A stretch of DNA of 64,000 bases from Spirochaetia bacterium (GTDB lineage Bacteria; Spirochaetota; Spirochaetia; SP-2023), in NCBI GenBank assembly GCA_965263295.1, contig OZ253665.1, forward strand, positions 512,001 through 576,000, in the 5' to 3' direction. Position numbers and translations under genes: made by a program. Under the pieces are notes generated by a model. It worked only from the letters and a program-made list of their open reading frames with translations, was not told the DNA's origin and searched no databases. Shown piece after piece: positions 11,257-21,382 of the stretch (the first letter of the stretch is position 1; every line of letters starts with the position of its first letter).

Positions 11257-11970
11257 GTGATCGTCAACAGTATTCGCGGGCTACTTACCGAAAAGCGAAC
11301 GAAGGGCTACGCTTGCTGCCAGGTCGGCGGCATCGAATGGCTTGTGGCCATGAGTCAGCAGGGTTTGGCCGCTCTGGGTGCGGTCGGGACCGAGGTGCGC
11401 ATTTTCACCCAGCTCAAGGTCAGCGAAAACAATATGCTTCTGTATGGATTTGCCACTCAAGAGGAACGGGCTCTGTTTGAAGCTTTGATATCCGTATCGG
11501 GAATCGGCCCGAAAGTGGCTTTGGCCATGCTTTCTCAAACCGGGGTGCTGGAGTTGGCGACCTGGATTATGCAAGGCGACGTCAAACGTTTAGCCAAGCT
11601 GCCCGGCCTGGGTGCCAAGACGGCACAGAAGCTGATTCTGCAGCTCAGCGATAAGCTGGAGGAGCCATTGCGGCTCGCAGGGGCTCAATCCCCACTTGTC
11701 AAAGCTGCCGGCGCCTCGGGGCAGGGGCGCGAAGCTGAGCAAGCCACAGTTCTGCCTCAATTTTTGCAACAGCGCCGGGAGTACGAGGACCTTCTCGCCG
11801 CCCTGGTCGCGATGGGCTATGAAGAGCGGCGCAGTCGCGATGTCCTGGATGGCTTGTTTGCCGCTTGGCGCGAGTTGGCTTCACGGCACGCAAACGGCGC
11901 TTTGCCCGCCGAGGGCGAGCGTCTGCGCCAGGCTATTGTCGCCTTGAGCGCGGCGGGAGACTCGCAGTGA
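11257..11970 (+). CDS. ruvA: Holliday junction branch migration protein RuvA
   Basis: LYGF..EERALFEALISVSGIGPKVA, PGLGAKTAQKLILQL, ALVAMGY; probable GTG start at 11257 (ATG at 11248 also possible). Confidence 0.93.
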   Translation: MIVNSIRGLLTEKRTKGYACCQVGGIEWLVAMSQQGLAALGAVGTEVRIFTQLKVSENNMLLYGFATQEERALFEALISVSGIGPKVALAMLSQTGVLELATWIMQGDVKRLAKLPGLGAKTAQKLILQLSDKLEEPLRLAGAQSPLVKAAGASGQGREAEQATVLPQFLQQRREYEDLLAALVAMGYEERRSRDVLDGLFAAWRELASRHANGALPAEGERLRQAIVALSAAGDSQ

Positions 11971-13427
11971 GCCCGCAATATCCGTCTGGCTCTAGTCTGC
12001 CCTCGTGGTTTGACTTGAGTTTACATGCTGAGAGCCTTGGTTCTCAAAGCCTGGCTGGGATTTTACCCAAACTGCTAGATCGTTTTGTTCACAGTTTTCG
12101 TTTCAGTCACAGCCAGATAGAACAGCTGTGTAAGATGGCTAAAGACCTTTGTGACTGGCGTGAGGCAGAGGCACTTAAAACCCATTTGCGTCAACAGTTG
12201 GAATCTTTGCGCCACAGCTTAGAAAACGATTTAGAAAACCGCTTAGAAAATCACTTGGAAAGCAATTCGGAAAACCAAACGGAAAACCGATTAGCAGCAG
12301 AAGGCCAAGGCACTTTGGGCGGCGACTCATTAGAAATACCGCACCTCAGCCCGCAGCAGCGCCGCCAGGGCTTTGCAGATTTTGAAGCTTTCTATCGCGG
12401 CAAGCGAGAATTGCTGCCCAACTTTCAGCGCCGTGCCCCCTCGCCTAAAGTTCCAAAGTATCGCTTTGACGTTTTGCAAGAGGCGCAGGGCCCGCAGCAG
12501 GGCGGATTAAGTTTTTCGAGAGGGGATCGCATTCTCGGTACTTGTCCGGTCGCTTCGACTAAAACTCGCTGCTGCAACTTGCTGACGCTGGACGCGATCC
12601 AGCAGTGTGGTTTTGCTTGCAGTTATTGCGCCATTCAGCACTTTTATGACGAAAAGGCTATTCAGGTGCGGCACGATTTTGCGCAGAAATTGCAACAGCT
12701 GCAACTCAATCCGCAAGAATGGTATCACATTGGTACCGGGCAGGCCTCGGACTCGTTATTGTGGACTGAGGAACTGGGTGTCCTGGAACCATTGATTGAC
12801 TTTGCGTGCCGCCATCCGCGGGTGATCCTGGAGCTGAAAAGTAAGTCTGCGAACGTCAAAAGTTTGCTGACGCGGGAACTGCCGCCAAATATTTTGTTTA
12901 CTTGGTCATTGAACCCGGATAATTTTATTCGCCATGAAGAACTGCTGACGGCGCCGCTGGATGCCCGCTTGCGCGCGGCCCGCCAGCTGGCGGACAACGG
13001 AGCAAAAGTCGGGTTTCACTTCCATCCCATCGTGCGTTATCAGGGTTGGAAAACCGAATATCGCCAGTTGGCGGAGCGTTTGCTCGGCCTTTTTGCCCCG
13101 CAGGAAGTGGTGACGGTATCGCTGGGCACCTTGACTTTTAGTAAGTCTGCACTGAAGACAATTCGTCATAAGGCTGAGCAAACGCAGATTTTGCGTTTTC
13201 CAATGCAGGAAATTGCGGGTAAGTTTTCGTATCCCTACGAAGTTAAGCGAGATATGTTTCGCCTTGTCCATCAGGCTTTGGAGCCCTGGCATGGCAAGGT
13301 GTTTTTCTATTTGTGCATGGAGGATCCGGCTCTGTGGCCGGAAGTCTTTGGTCAGCAATATGCAGACAATCGAGAATTTGAGCAGGATATGTTGCATAGT
13401 TATGCCCGTAAAATGGGCTTGCGTTAG
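11967..13427 (+). CDS. Spore photoproduct lyase-like radical SAM protein
   Basis: CxxxCxxC (CGFACSYC), IGTGQASDSL, LELKSKS, WSLN, GFHFHP, YLCME motifs of the SplB-like family; GTG start overlaps the ruvA stop (GTGA). Confidence 0.8.
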   Translation: MSPQYPSGSSLPSWFDLSLHAESLGSQSLAGILPKLLDRFVHSFRFSHSQIEQLCKMAKDLCDWREAEALKTHLRQQLESLRHSLENDLENRLENHLESNSENQTENRLAAEGQGTLGGDSLEIPHLSPQQRRQGFADFEAFYRGKRELLPNFQRRAPSPKVPKYRFDVLQEAQGPQQGGLSFSRGDRILGTCPVASTKTRCCNLLTLDAIQQCGFACSYCAIQHFYDEKAIQVRHDFAQKLQQLQLNPQEWYHIGTGQASDSLLWTEELGVLEPLIDFACRHPRVILELKSKSANVKSLLTRELPPNILFTWSLNPDNFIRHEELLTAPLDARLRAARQLADNGAKVGFHFHPIVRYQGWKTEYRQLAERLLGLFAPQEVVTVSLGTLTFSKSALKTIRHKAEQTQILRFPMQEIAGKFSYPYEVKRDMFRLVHQALEPWHGKVFFYLCMEDPALWPEVFGQQYADNREFEQDMLHSYARKMGLR

Positions 13428-13777
13428 TTGGGGTGGGGGTGTCAGACTGGCTTCGCCGGCCCGGCTTGGGAGTCATGCGCAAAATGGCGCATACTGTTTG
13501 GGAGTAATTTAGGGCAGAGTCTTCCAGCTCGTTGGGCTAGCTTTGGGATTAGATACGGCGGTTTGCGGACGGCGCAGCCTAAGGTTGGCCTAGTAGAGTG
13601 TAGGAAGTTTGACAGTAAAAAATAATGATGTTAAAATTATATTTTTTAACAAAGTTTGGTTTCCCTTTTTCGGGATGCCTTTTGTCTGCTGTGAATGTCG
13701 TTATTGATGAGTAGCGACTTGTCTGGGGCAAATTGGCTCTCTTGTGCCATATCCGGTTTACGATAAGGAGAATATTT

Positions 13778-14629
13778 ATGGGCAGAACAGATAAATGGGA
13801 TGAAATTCGCGCGTCCCTGGCCGGCAAGGAGGCCTTTATCAGTGATATGGATGGGGTTATCTATCACGGTAACCACTTACTACCTGGAGCGAAGGAGTTC
13901 GTGGCCTGGTTGCAGAAAGAAGATAAAAAGTATTTGTTTTTGACAAACTCTTCTGAGCGCTCGGCGCGAGAGTTGACTGAGAAACTGGAGCGTTTGGGCC
14001 TGGAGGTTGGCGAAGAGCATTTTTATACGAGTGCTTTATCTACGGCATTATTCCTCTCGCAGCAATGCCCGGAGGGCAGTGTATATGTTATTGGACAGCC
14101 AGGCTTGATTAATGCTTTGTATTCCTATGGTTTTTCGATGAATGACGTCAATCCGGATTATGTGGTGGTGGGTTTTACGCGCGATTATAACTATGAGAAA
14201 ATTGCGCATGCGGTGAAACTGGTGCAGCAAGGTGCCCGTTTGATTGGCACGGATCTGGATACTACGAATCCGACGGTAAATGGTATGATGCCTTCTACAG
14301 GAGCTCTGATTGCTCCTATCGCTCAGGTTGCTGGCGTGCGCCCATACTTTTGTGGCAAGCCTAATCCGTTGATGATGCGCAATGCTCTGAAGCTACTCGA
14401 CGCTCTGGCCAAAGATACGGTGATTATTGGGGATCGTATGGATACCGATATTATTGCTGGAATTGAGTCGGGTATTACTACGGTTCTGGTTCTCTCTGGG
14501 GTGACGCAGCGTGCTGACCTGGCCCGCCATCCTTATATGCCCAGCTATGTACTGGATGGTTTGGCCGAATTCATTCGAATCCAAGAATTTGGCCGGTCTG
14601 GCGAGCCGGAACCGACGGATTCAGAGTAG
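13778..14629 (+). CDS. HAD-IIA family hydrolase (NagD-like)
   Basis: DMDGVIY, LTNSS, GKP, IGDRMDTDI; RBS AAGGAG before ATG at 13778. Confidence 0.92.
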   Translation: MGRTDKWDEIRASLAGKEAFISDMDGVIYHGNHLLPGAKEFVAWLQKEDKKYLFLTNSSERSARELTEKLERLGLEVGEEHFYTSALSTALFLSQQCPEGSVYVIGQPGLINALYSYGFSMNDVNPDYVVVGFTRDYNYEKIAHAVKLVQQGARLIGTDLDTTNPTVNGMMPSTGALIAPIAQVAGVRPYFCGKPNPLMMRNALKLLDALAKDTVIIGDRMDTDIIAGIESGITTVLVLSGVTQRADLARHPYMPSYVLDGLAEFIRIQEFGRSGEPEPTDSE

Positions 14630-14781
14630 ACTGCAATGGCAAAGTTGGCATAGGCTTAAAACGGGTAAGAGGCAAATTTGTGAAACCGCAAAAACAAAAT
14701 ATACGAGCCGTCTAGATTGTTAGATTGTCGGCGCGGGCGATAAGAAAATATTGCAATTTACCCGATTTTATTGTAGACACT

Positions 14782-16209
14782 TCAGCTCAATCCGGCTAGG
14801 AAATCGCTCAGAGGACTATATGGCAGCGACAGGCGGGTATACCGTGTGGAAATGGCATGAGAGTATTCTAATGGCAGGATCAGGCGCAACATTGTCAGTG
14901 ATTTGCGAAAATCTTCCAGAGTGCTGGGCTGTAGGACAGTAGAACTTTGTGTAAAGGGAATGGGGCCAGAGACTTCGCTGTGCCGGGCTTGTACCCTTAG
15001 GGGCTGTGAAACGTAAATATCTTTAATCTGCATTTTGCGTGGTCCTGTCAAGTCGAGCATAACCTGCCAGGGTTTGAGGTCGCGCAGCTGTTTGGAATAG
15101 CGTTTTTGCAGGCTTTGATACACGGCTAAGCAAAGTTTCTGGCGTTGACTGCGGTTGCGCAATTGAGCGATAATGTCAGCCTCGGCGTTGCCAAGGCATA
15201 GCTCATCGACAACTAAAAAGCTGCGTGGTTGCTGGGCCTGTAGGCACAGTTGTCGTTCGGGAAGCTCCAGTTGTTCAAACAGAGCGGGGAAGCTCTGGTC
15301 GTCACTGCGTAGTATCTGTTCCTCGCTGATTAGATCTAGTTCAATGGCTTGAGCTGTGCCCTCAATTACCGGAGCTGATAGCGCGCGAACGTTGCGATGC
15401 CAGTAGACTGTGCGATACATTAAGTAGCGCGAAAAAATCAGACTCTCAATAATCGTGAGTCCGCGTTCAGGGATGCCTATGCGAAATGGTGAAGTTGGTT
15501 GTGATTCAAGTAAGGCATCGTCACTCAGGCGGCCGAGGAAGACTTGAGAGAATAAATATTCGAGGTCTTGGATTCCGTATGGCACTCCGCAGTAATAGGC
15601 GTCGCGGTTCAGGTAATCCAATTTGTCCGGATCCAGCGTCCCCGACAGCAGGGAACGATACAGCAAGCCTTCTTCTCGATAAGTTTCGGGAATTGGCAAT
15701 GCCTCATCTACGAGGGCTGCAACCAGGGCCGGGTCGCTGTTGAGGTCTCGGCTGATGATTGAGGACAAAGGCTCACTTAATATGTAGCGCGCTGATATTT
15801 CTTCGTGTTCGTTTTGCAGGCCTTCAAGCATGTGGGCATAGGGGAAATGGCCGAGATCATGAAGCAGGGCGGCGGCCAGAAAAGCTTTGGTCCCGTGTAA
15901 ACTGGGCCGAAATTCTGCGGCTGCGCTTTTTTTGCTGCACAGCAGGGCCAGAAGCAGGCGGCGGGCCATCCAGAAAACGCCTATGCTGTGTTCAAAACGG
16001 GTGTGCCGTGCTCCCGGATAAATCAAGGTTGCAGAGCTCAATTGGCGGATTCTGGCTAGCCGCAGGAATGGCTTAGAATGAATTAACTTTTGGAAGGCCG
16101 CATTCAAATAGACGTGTTTCCATAGCGGATCGCGCAGCGGAACATCAAAAGCATTTTGTAGGTAGTCAATAACTTCGCGATTGGTGACGGAATAAAATTC
16201 TTTATTCAT
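14782..16209 (-). CDS. HD-domain phosphohydrolase (SAMHD1/dNTPase-like family)
   Basis: RLARIRQL, YPGARHTRFEHSIG, LLHDLGHFPYAH, DPDKLDYLNRD, VYWH; start taken at MNKEF (ORF track extends to 16335). Confidence 0.88.
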   Translation of the reverse strand: MNKEFYSVTNREVIDYLQNAFDVPLRDPLWKHVYLNAAFQKLIHSKPFLRLARIRQLSSATLIYPGARHTRFEHSIGVFWMARRLLLALLCSKKSAAAEFRPSLHGTKAFLAAALLHDLGHFPYAHMLEGLQNEHEEISARYILSEPLSSIISRDLNSDPALVAALVDEALPIPETYREEGLLYRSLLSGTLDPDKLDYLNRDAYYCGVPYGIQDLEYLFSQVFLGRLSDDALLESQPTSPFRIGIPERGLTIIESLIFSRYLMYRTVYWHRNVRALSAPVIEGTAQAIELDLISEEQILRSDDQSFPALFEQLELPERQLCLQAQQPRSFLVVDELCLGNAEADIIAQLRNRSQRQKLCLAVYQSLQKRYSKQLRDLKPWQVMLDLTGPRKMQIKDIYVSQPLRVQARHSEVSGPIPFTQSSTVLQPSTLEDFRKSLTMLRLILPLEYSHAISTRYTRLSLPYSPLSDFLAGLS

Positions 16210-16282
16210 ATGCTTTGGCTCCCGTGAAAAAGCCCTGACGCGTTTTGCGGCAGGGCTCAGGTAAAAGGTTTCCCAAATATCT

Positions 16283-18064
16283 TTATTGCTGTGCCGCCTC
16301 AATCTGCCGGCGAATAAAGTCTTCGACGGCGGCAATTTTTGCAGCCGTTTCGCCGCGAGCGATGTTTAAGTCGTCACATTCGCTGACGCAAGAGGCGTAG
16401 AATTTAATTTTAGGCTCTGTGCCAGAAGGCCGAGCTGTGATGATTGAGCCGTCGACGCCGTAAAATTGCAATACATTGGATTTGGGCAAATCTATATCTT
16501 GCATGACTTTGCCGTCGGATTGAACGGTCGTTCCCACAGCATAATCTTTCACGGCTTCAATTTTAATATTGCCAATGGTTTCAGGGTTGTTTTGCCGCAG
16601 GTTGTCCATCATTTTATTCATGATAACAATACCTTGCGCCCCTTCAAAATAGCGATCAATCAAGGTTTCTTGGTAATAGCCAAAACGACGATAAATGTCG
16701 TTCAGATACTGCAGTAAGGAACGGCCTTGCTGCAGGTTCCACAATGTCATTTCTACTGTCATGGTGCTGGCCGAGACGGCATCTTTGTCGCGAACCGAAG
16801 TACCAACCAAATAACCGTAACTTTCTTCGCAGCCAAATATATATTGATACTTCTGGTTCTTTTCCCACTCGCGCATCAGGGCCCCGATAAACTTAAAGCC
16901 GGTTAAAACTTTGAAATCAGTCACACCGTAGGAACGGGCGATGCGGTTTTGCAGATTACTGGTGACAATCGTGTTAATAAATGCGGCATTCTCAGGTAAA
17001 GTCCCCTGTTCTCTGTGTGTCTGAAAAAGGTAATCACAAAGCATAGCACCCAGTTGATTCCCGCTAATCATTACATACTCACCGTTAGCTTCTGGAACGG
17101 CAATGCCCAAGCGGTCGGAATCGGGATCGGTGCCGAGGACCAGGTGCGCTTTGCGTTGCTTGGCATGTTTAAGGGCCAACTCCATGGCTGGAGCTACCTC
17201 TGGATTAGGGAACGGTGTCGTCGGGAAATGGCCATCTGGCTCAGCTTGCTCCGGTACCGTAAAGACGCTGACGCCCATTTTTTCTAGAGTTTTTTCTACG
17301 CTATGTCTACCGGCGCCGTGTAGTGGCGTATACACCAACTCTAGCTTTGAGGCGCTGTCTTTGATTAGCTGGGGGCGCAGCGCCTGCGTGACGACCATGT
17401 CGATATAGGGCCGGTCAACTTCGGTATCAATCCACTGCAGCAAGCCCTTTTGACTGGCTTCTTGTTCGCTGATGTTTGGCAAACTACCGTGTACTGCATT
17501 TGCTTTGGCCATAATACCTTTGTCGTGGGGCGAAACTACTTGGGCGCCATCGTCCCAGTAAACTTTGTAACCATTATATTTAGCGGGGTTGTGACTAGCG
17601 GTCACAACGATGCCGGCGCAGCAACCCAGATGGCGCACGGCAAAAGATAGTTCGGGAGTGGGACGAAGACTAGTGAAGATTGTGCTGCGGATGCCGTTGG
17701 CAGCCAAAATCAAGGCCGCCTCCTTGGCGAAGAGGTCGGAGTAATTACGGCTGTCATAGGCAAGGCAGACGTGCCAGTGCTCCTGGGGTGCATTTTCGCA
17801 AATATATTGAGCTAGGCCTTGGGTCGCCTTGCGGATAGTATAGCAGTTGAGGCGATTTAAGCCACCTCCAATTTCTCCGCGCAGGCCTCCAGTACCAAAA
17901 TCTAGCGATTTGTAAAAGCGTTCATACAGTTCTGCCGCGGCCTTTTCGTCATGGCGACCTTGCTGTAGCAAGTCTTGAACCGGCTGGCGGAATGCTGGGT
18001 ATTGCTCTTCTTGTACGTACTCTTGAGCGAGATTCCGGATTTGAGTACTGTCTATATTAGCCAT
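16283..18064 (-). CDS. Phosphoglucomutase / phospho-sugar mutase
   Basis: FGTGGLRG, TASHNP, DPDSDR, CEESYG, RPSGTEPKIK. Confidence 0.95.
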   Translation of the reverse strand: MANIDSTQIRNLAQEYVQEEQYPAFRQPVQDLLQQGRHDEKAAAELYERFYKSLDFGTGGLRGEIGGGLNRLNCYTIRKATQGLAQYICENAPQEHWHVCLAYDSRNYSDLFAKEAALILAANGIRSTIFTSLRPTPELSFAVRHLGCCAGIVVTASHNPAKYNGYKVYWDDGAQVVSPHDKGIMAKANAVHGSLPNISEQEASQKGLLQWIDTEVDRPYIDMVVTQALRPQLIKDSASKLELVYTPLHGAGRHSVEKTLEKMGVSVFTVPEQAEPDGHFPTTPFPNPEVAPAMELALKHAKQRKAHLVLGTDPDSDRLGIAVPEANGEYVMISGNQLGAMLCDYLFQTHREQGTLPENAAFINTIVTSNLQNRIARSYGVTDFKVLTGFKFIGALMREWEKNQKYQYIFGCEESYGYLVGTSVRDKDAVSASTMTVEMTLWNLQQGRSLLQYLNDIYRRFGYYQETLIDRYFEGAQGIVIMNKMMDNLRQNNPETIGNIKIEAVKDYAVGTTVQSDGKVMQDIDLPKSNVLQFYGVDGSIITARPSGTEPKIKFYASCVSECDDLNIARGETAAKIAAVEDFIRRQIEAAQQ

Positions 18065-18155
18065 TGACTATACCTCCAAGCGGCCAAGGCCGCAGATACT
18101 TGTGATAGGCCGCAACATTCTGTGAAATTTTATTCTTCACCTTCAATTTTCACCT

Positions 18156-18644
18156 TCAATTTTCATCGAGGTCTAGCTCCTGATTTTTCTGAAATAATAA
18201 TTGAAGTTCGGCATCGGATACAATAGTACTATTGTCGTCAAATTCCTGCTTATAGTTACGGAATTCTTGGGCGAGTTTTTCATTGCCGTCGCTGATTTTT
18301 ACTATGATTTTATGCCATTCATCGCCATTGTCACGCAGAAGCTTTTGCAAGAAATCTCTTTGCGAATATATGGCACTGCGCAGGAACAGTAAAAAGGCAC
18401 GTTTAACACGGAACAACTGGTGACTTAACTCGGCGTAACCTTGTAGTTGGTTGCGTTGATTCAATAGCCGTTCGTGTTCTTCCAGCAGGCCAGCGATATT
18501 GCGCACCTCTGCCATAATTTGAGTGTTGAAAATGCTAGCATTGACTTCTAGTTCAAGCAATTCTTGAAGAACCTGGAGCCGATTGCGCAATAAAAAGAAG
18601 TTGTCGCTAAAGTATATTTGTTCCATATTGGGTATATTAGACAA
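18156..18644 (-). CDS. Hypothetical helical protein
   Basis: 162-aa ORF co-oriented within the minus-strand gene run; no recognised motif. Confidence 0.7.
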   Translation of the reverse strand: MSNIPNMEQIYFSDNFFLLRNRLQVLQELLELEVNASIFNTQIMAEVRNIAGLLEEHERLLNQRNQLQGYAELSHQLFRVKRAFLLFLRSAIYSQRDFLQKLLRDNGDEWHKIIVKISDGNEKLAQEFRNYKQEFDDNSTIVSDAELQLLFQKNQELDLDEN

Positions 18645-18696
18645 GTATGGTTAGGATGAAAATAAGCTAGGCTTTATTTCTTGGCCTATTTTATTT

Positions 18697-19539
18697 TCAG
18701 GAATCATTTTCTTTAGAAGACAGTAAGGATTTGGGAACTTTGGCACACCATGGGCCAATTCCGCCATCCAGGAAGGCGGAAATTCCCGCCTGTACTGCAG
18801 GCTCTTCCAAGCAGGCAGCTAGAGTCTGTTCGGCGAGTTCTTGCTGCTCGTTTAGGGGTAGATCGTTGAGCTTGTGGCAAAAGGATTTCTGCTTGGCTAA
18901 AGCTTCTGGACTGCAGCGCAGGAGATTGCGCAGTAATTTTTTCAACTGTCTTTCTAAATCTGCGCTGGATGTAAGGAAATTGGACAAGCCCCACTCCTGT
19001 AGGGTTGGAGCATCTAGAGCTTCAGGTATAAAGACCATCTGCTTGGCCCGAGATTCACTGATCCGTTTTCGCAAGTACGGTAAAACATTTGCAGGGATCA
19101 GACCAAAGAGAGCTTCTCCCAGAGTCAGGCTGGCCTCTTCGCTGGCCAATACTAGATCGGCTGCCACAACTAGGCCGACACCCCCGGCCCGTGCCGGTTT
19201 TTCCAGCAGACAAATAACTGGGGCCGGGAAATGATAAATACTAGCCAGGCATTGACGGTAAAGCCGGGCCGCTTCTTGTTTTTTGTTCCCCCGGCTTTGG
19301 GTCTGATTTTTAAAGGCATTGAAATTCATGCCAACAGAAAAAGCTATCTCACTGATAGAATGCAAGATAACGGCACGAATATTTTCATTCTGCCAAACTT
19401 CTAGCTGCTCAATCAAGCTGCTCAGCAATGGCGTATCCAAGGTATTGCCATCCCGGCCCGGATCCGTTAGCGTAATAAAGGCTAGAGAGCCGAGATCGCC
19501 ACTCCCCAGCTCTAGAGTTTTAAAGTCAACTCCACTCAT
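18697..19539 (-). CDS. Enoyl-CoA hydratase/crotonase family protein (PksH/ECH1 or methylglutaconyl-CoA hydratase-like)
   Basis: FSVGMNF and ARAGGVGLVVAAD oxyanion-hole motifs, EALFGLIPA; overlaps the upstream HMG-synthase gene. Confidence 0.85.
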   Translation of the reverse strand: MSGVDFKTLELGSGDLGSLAFITLTDPGRDGNTLDTPLLSSLIEQLEVWQNENIRAVILHSISEIAFSVGMNFNAFKNQTQSRGNKKQEAARLYRQCLASIYHFPAPVICLLEKPARAGGVGLVVAADLVLASEEASLTLGEALFGLIPANVLPYLRKRISESRAKQMVFIPEALDAPTLQEWGLSNFLTSSADLERQLKKLLRNLLRCSPEALAKQKSFCHKLNDLPLNEQQELAEQTLAACLEEPAVQAGISAFLDGGIGPWCAKVPKSLLSSKENDS

Positions 19540-20770
19540 ACTTACGTTGATAATTCTTTACGCTCTTTAGAATATACAGGTCTTTGCCTTTGTAGCAGCT
19601 TTCGTAGATCCCAGAGGGTTGAGAGAAATCGGGCTCAAAGTTGGGATTCTCTACATACGAATCGCGCAGCGCCTCATTCGTTTCGTACTCGGCTACACTC
19701 GCATGGTAACGGGCTTCCAGTTTTTCGAGGATTTGCAGTTTCTGCAATTTTTCGCGGGCATTGGCACAGATTTTAGCGCTATAGAATTCACCGATAGCAC
19801 CGGAACCGTAAGCGTAAAAACCCACTCGGTCACCCGCTTTTAAATCATCACAGCCCAGAATTAGGCTGACAACACCGGCGTAATTGCTTGAGGCATAGCA
19901 GCTGCCAACTAGGCGGGAAATACTCAGGGAGGGTAACACTTTAGACTCAAAGTCTGCACGTAGTTCGGACTTTTTCTTGCCACTATTGGCGATACTGTTG
20001 AGTGAGCGGAAGGCCTGAAAGGCCATGCCGGCAAAAGGTGTGTGGAAAACAAACTTTTTAAAATAGGTATTGAAATCTACTGTTTCGCCCATGCCTTCGC
20101 AAATTCTTAAATAATCGTTGTAGGCACCGTCGAGGGCATCAATATACGTGAAGAGGCTAGTTTCGTTATTGCCCATTTCTTCCTGAGCTGTTGGGCGGTA
20201 GGTGTCGTAGATGTTGGTCGTCCAGTTCCCGCGTTTTCCTAGCTCAAACTCAATGATTTCGGGCTGGTCACCAATAAGCATCGCGGTGGCTACTCCACCC
20301 ATGACAAACTCTTGTTTGGTGTTCATATGCACGCGGCTAAAGTCTGCGGCGATAACTAGGGCCTTACGGTTTTGATTGTGCCCGGCTGCGATCCAGTCAA
20401 TGGCACTGTCTAGGGCGGCCATGCCTGAAAAACAGGCATGTTTGGTCTCAAAGTTGCGGATATTAGAAGGGAATTGCAGGGCTTCGTGCAAGTTGGTACT
20501 GACAGGTTTGCCAAAGTCTGTGGAACCTTCGGTACCGACGATAAACAGCCCGATTTTTTCAGCGACTTCTTCATCAATAATGGGCCTTGCCGCATTGGCC
20601 GCAATGGTGATAATATCTTCCCACGGCGGCAGTAAGGTTCTGCGATTAATTAATAGTTCGGACACATCTTTATCGGGATCCTTACCGCGGGCTTCCGCTA
20701 GGGTCCGTAGATCCAGCGACATGCTGCCACCGTAGAGGTTAATTCTTTCAATACCAACTCTTTGAGGCAT
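19526..20770 (-). CDS. HMG-CoA synthase-like protein, PksG/polyketide beta-branching type
   Basis: Catalytic Glu (TEGSTDFGK), Cys (ETKHACFSG), His (FHTPFAGM), YAYGSG. The N-terminal GIERINLYGG, DFGK and DTYRP segments resemble PksG more than MvaS. Confidence 0.85.
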   Translation of the reverse strand: MPQRVGIERINLYGGSMSLDLRTLAEARGKDPDKDVSELLINRRTLLPPWEDIITIAANAARPIIDEEVAEKIGLFIVGTEGSTDFGKPVSTNLHEALQFPSNIRNFETKHACFSGMAALDSAIDWIAAGHNQNRKALVIAADFSRVHMNTKQEFVMGGVATAMLIGDQPEIIEFELGKRGNWTTNIYDTYRPTAQEEMGNNETSLFTYIDALDGAYNDYLRICEGMGETVDFNTYFKKFVFHTPFAGMAFQAFRSLNSIANSGKKKSELRADFESKVLPSLSISRLVGSCYASSNYAGVVSLILGCDDLKAGDRVGFYAYGSGAIGEFYSAKICANAREKLQKLQILEKLEARYHASVAEYETNEALRDSYVENPNFEPDFSQPSGIYESCYKGKDLYILKSVKNYQRKYEWS

Positions 20771-20860
20771 ATAGTCTAGTCTCCTGAGGGAATGTATTTC
20801 AAACTAAAATTTTAATGCAATGAGAAAGCGATAATACTAAAAAATTTACAAGCATGCAAG

Positions 20861-21382
20861 CTACCAGGAATTATAATTAATGGTGCGCTGGGAAGGTAGG
20901 CTTTTGTGACGCATATCGCGTTTTTCATTGTCTTGCGGGTAGCCGACTAGAATTAGAGCGGCGATATACATACTGTAGGGCAGCGTTAGAATTCGACTAG
21001 CTTCGTTCTGTGAAAATGAAGTGAGTGACTCGGCAGCTAGCCCCTCTTTTTCTGCTTGGAGCATAATCTGCCCGCTGGCTAGGCCTAGGTCAAAGAGGTT
21101 GGCCGAAAGGCCGTTCGGCATTTCGTAGTCCGATGTGGCGTAACAGGCGGCAATTATAGCTCCATGTTTGCAACGTTCATCGCCGTAGCAGGCTTTCTGC
21201 AAGGCCAGCCTTTTGGAAATTTCTGTAACGGCGATAAAGCGCCAGGGCTGGCGATTTTTGACAGAGGGGCTGAGTCTTCCAGCTTCAAGCAGGCGATCCA
21301 GAACTTCTTTGGGTATGTTCTTGTCTTTGAGAACCAGAGCATTATTGCGATGTAGTATTTGGGCTAACACGTCGCAGTTCAT
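20861..21382 (-). CDS. Nitroreductase family protein
   Basis: LLEAGRLSPSVKNRQPWRFIAV, DLGLASGQIMLQA...GL, VGYP. Confidence 0.9.
   Translation of the reverse strand: MNCDVLAQILHRNNALVLKDKNIPKEVLDRLLEAGRLSPSVKNRQPWRFIAVTEISKRLALQKACYGDERCKHGAIIAACYATSDYEMPNGLSANLFDLGLASGQIMLQAEKEGLAAESLTSFSQNEASRILTLPYSMYIAALILVGYPQDNEKRDMRHKSLPSQRTINYNSW

Noticed and set aside
19526..20770. Mevalonate pathway operon
   Set aside because: No HMG-CoA reductase or mevalonate kinases nearby; sequence is PksG-like and dxs is present
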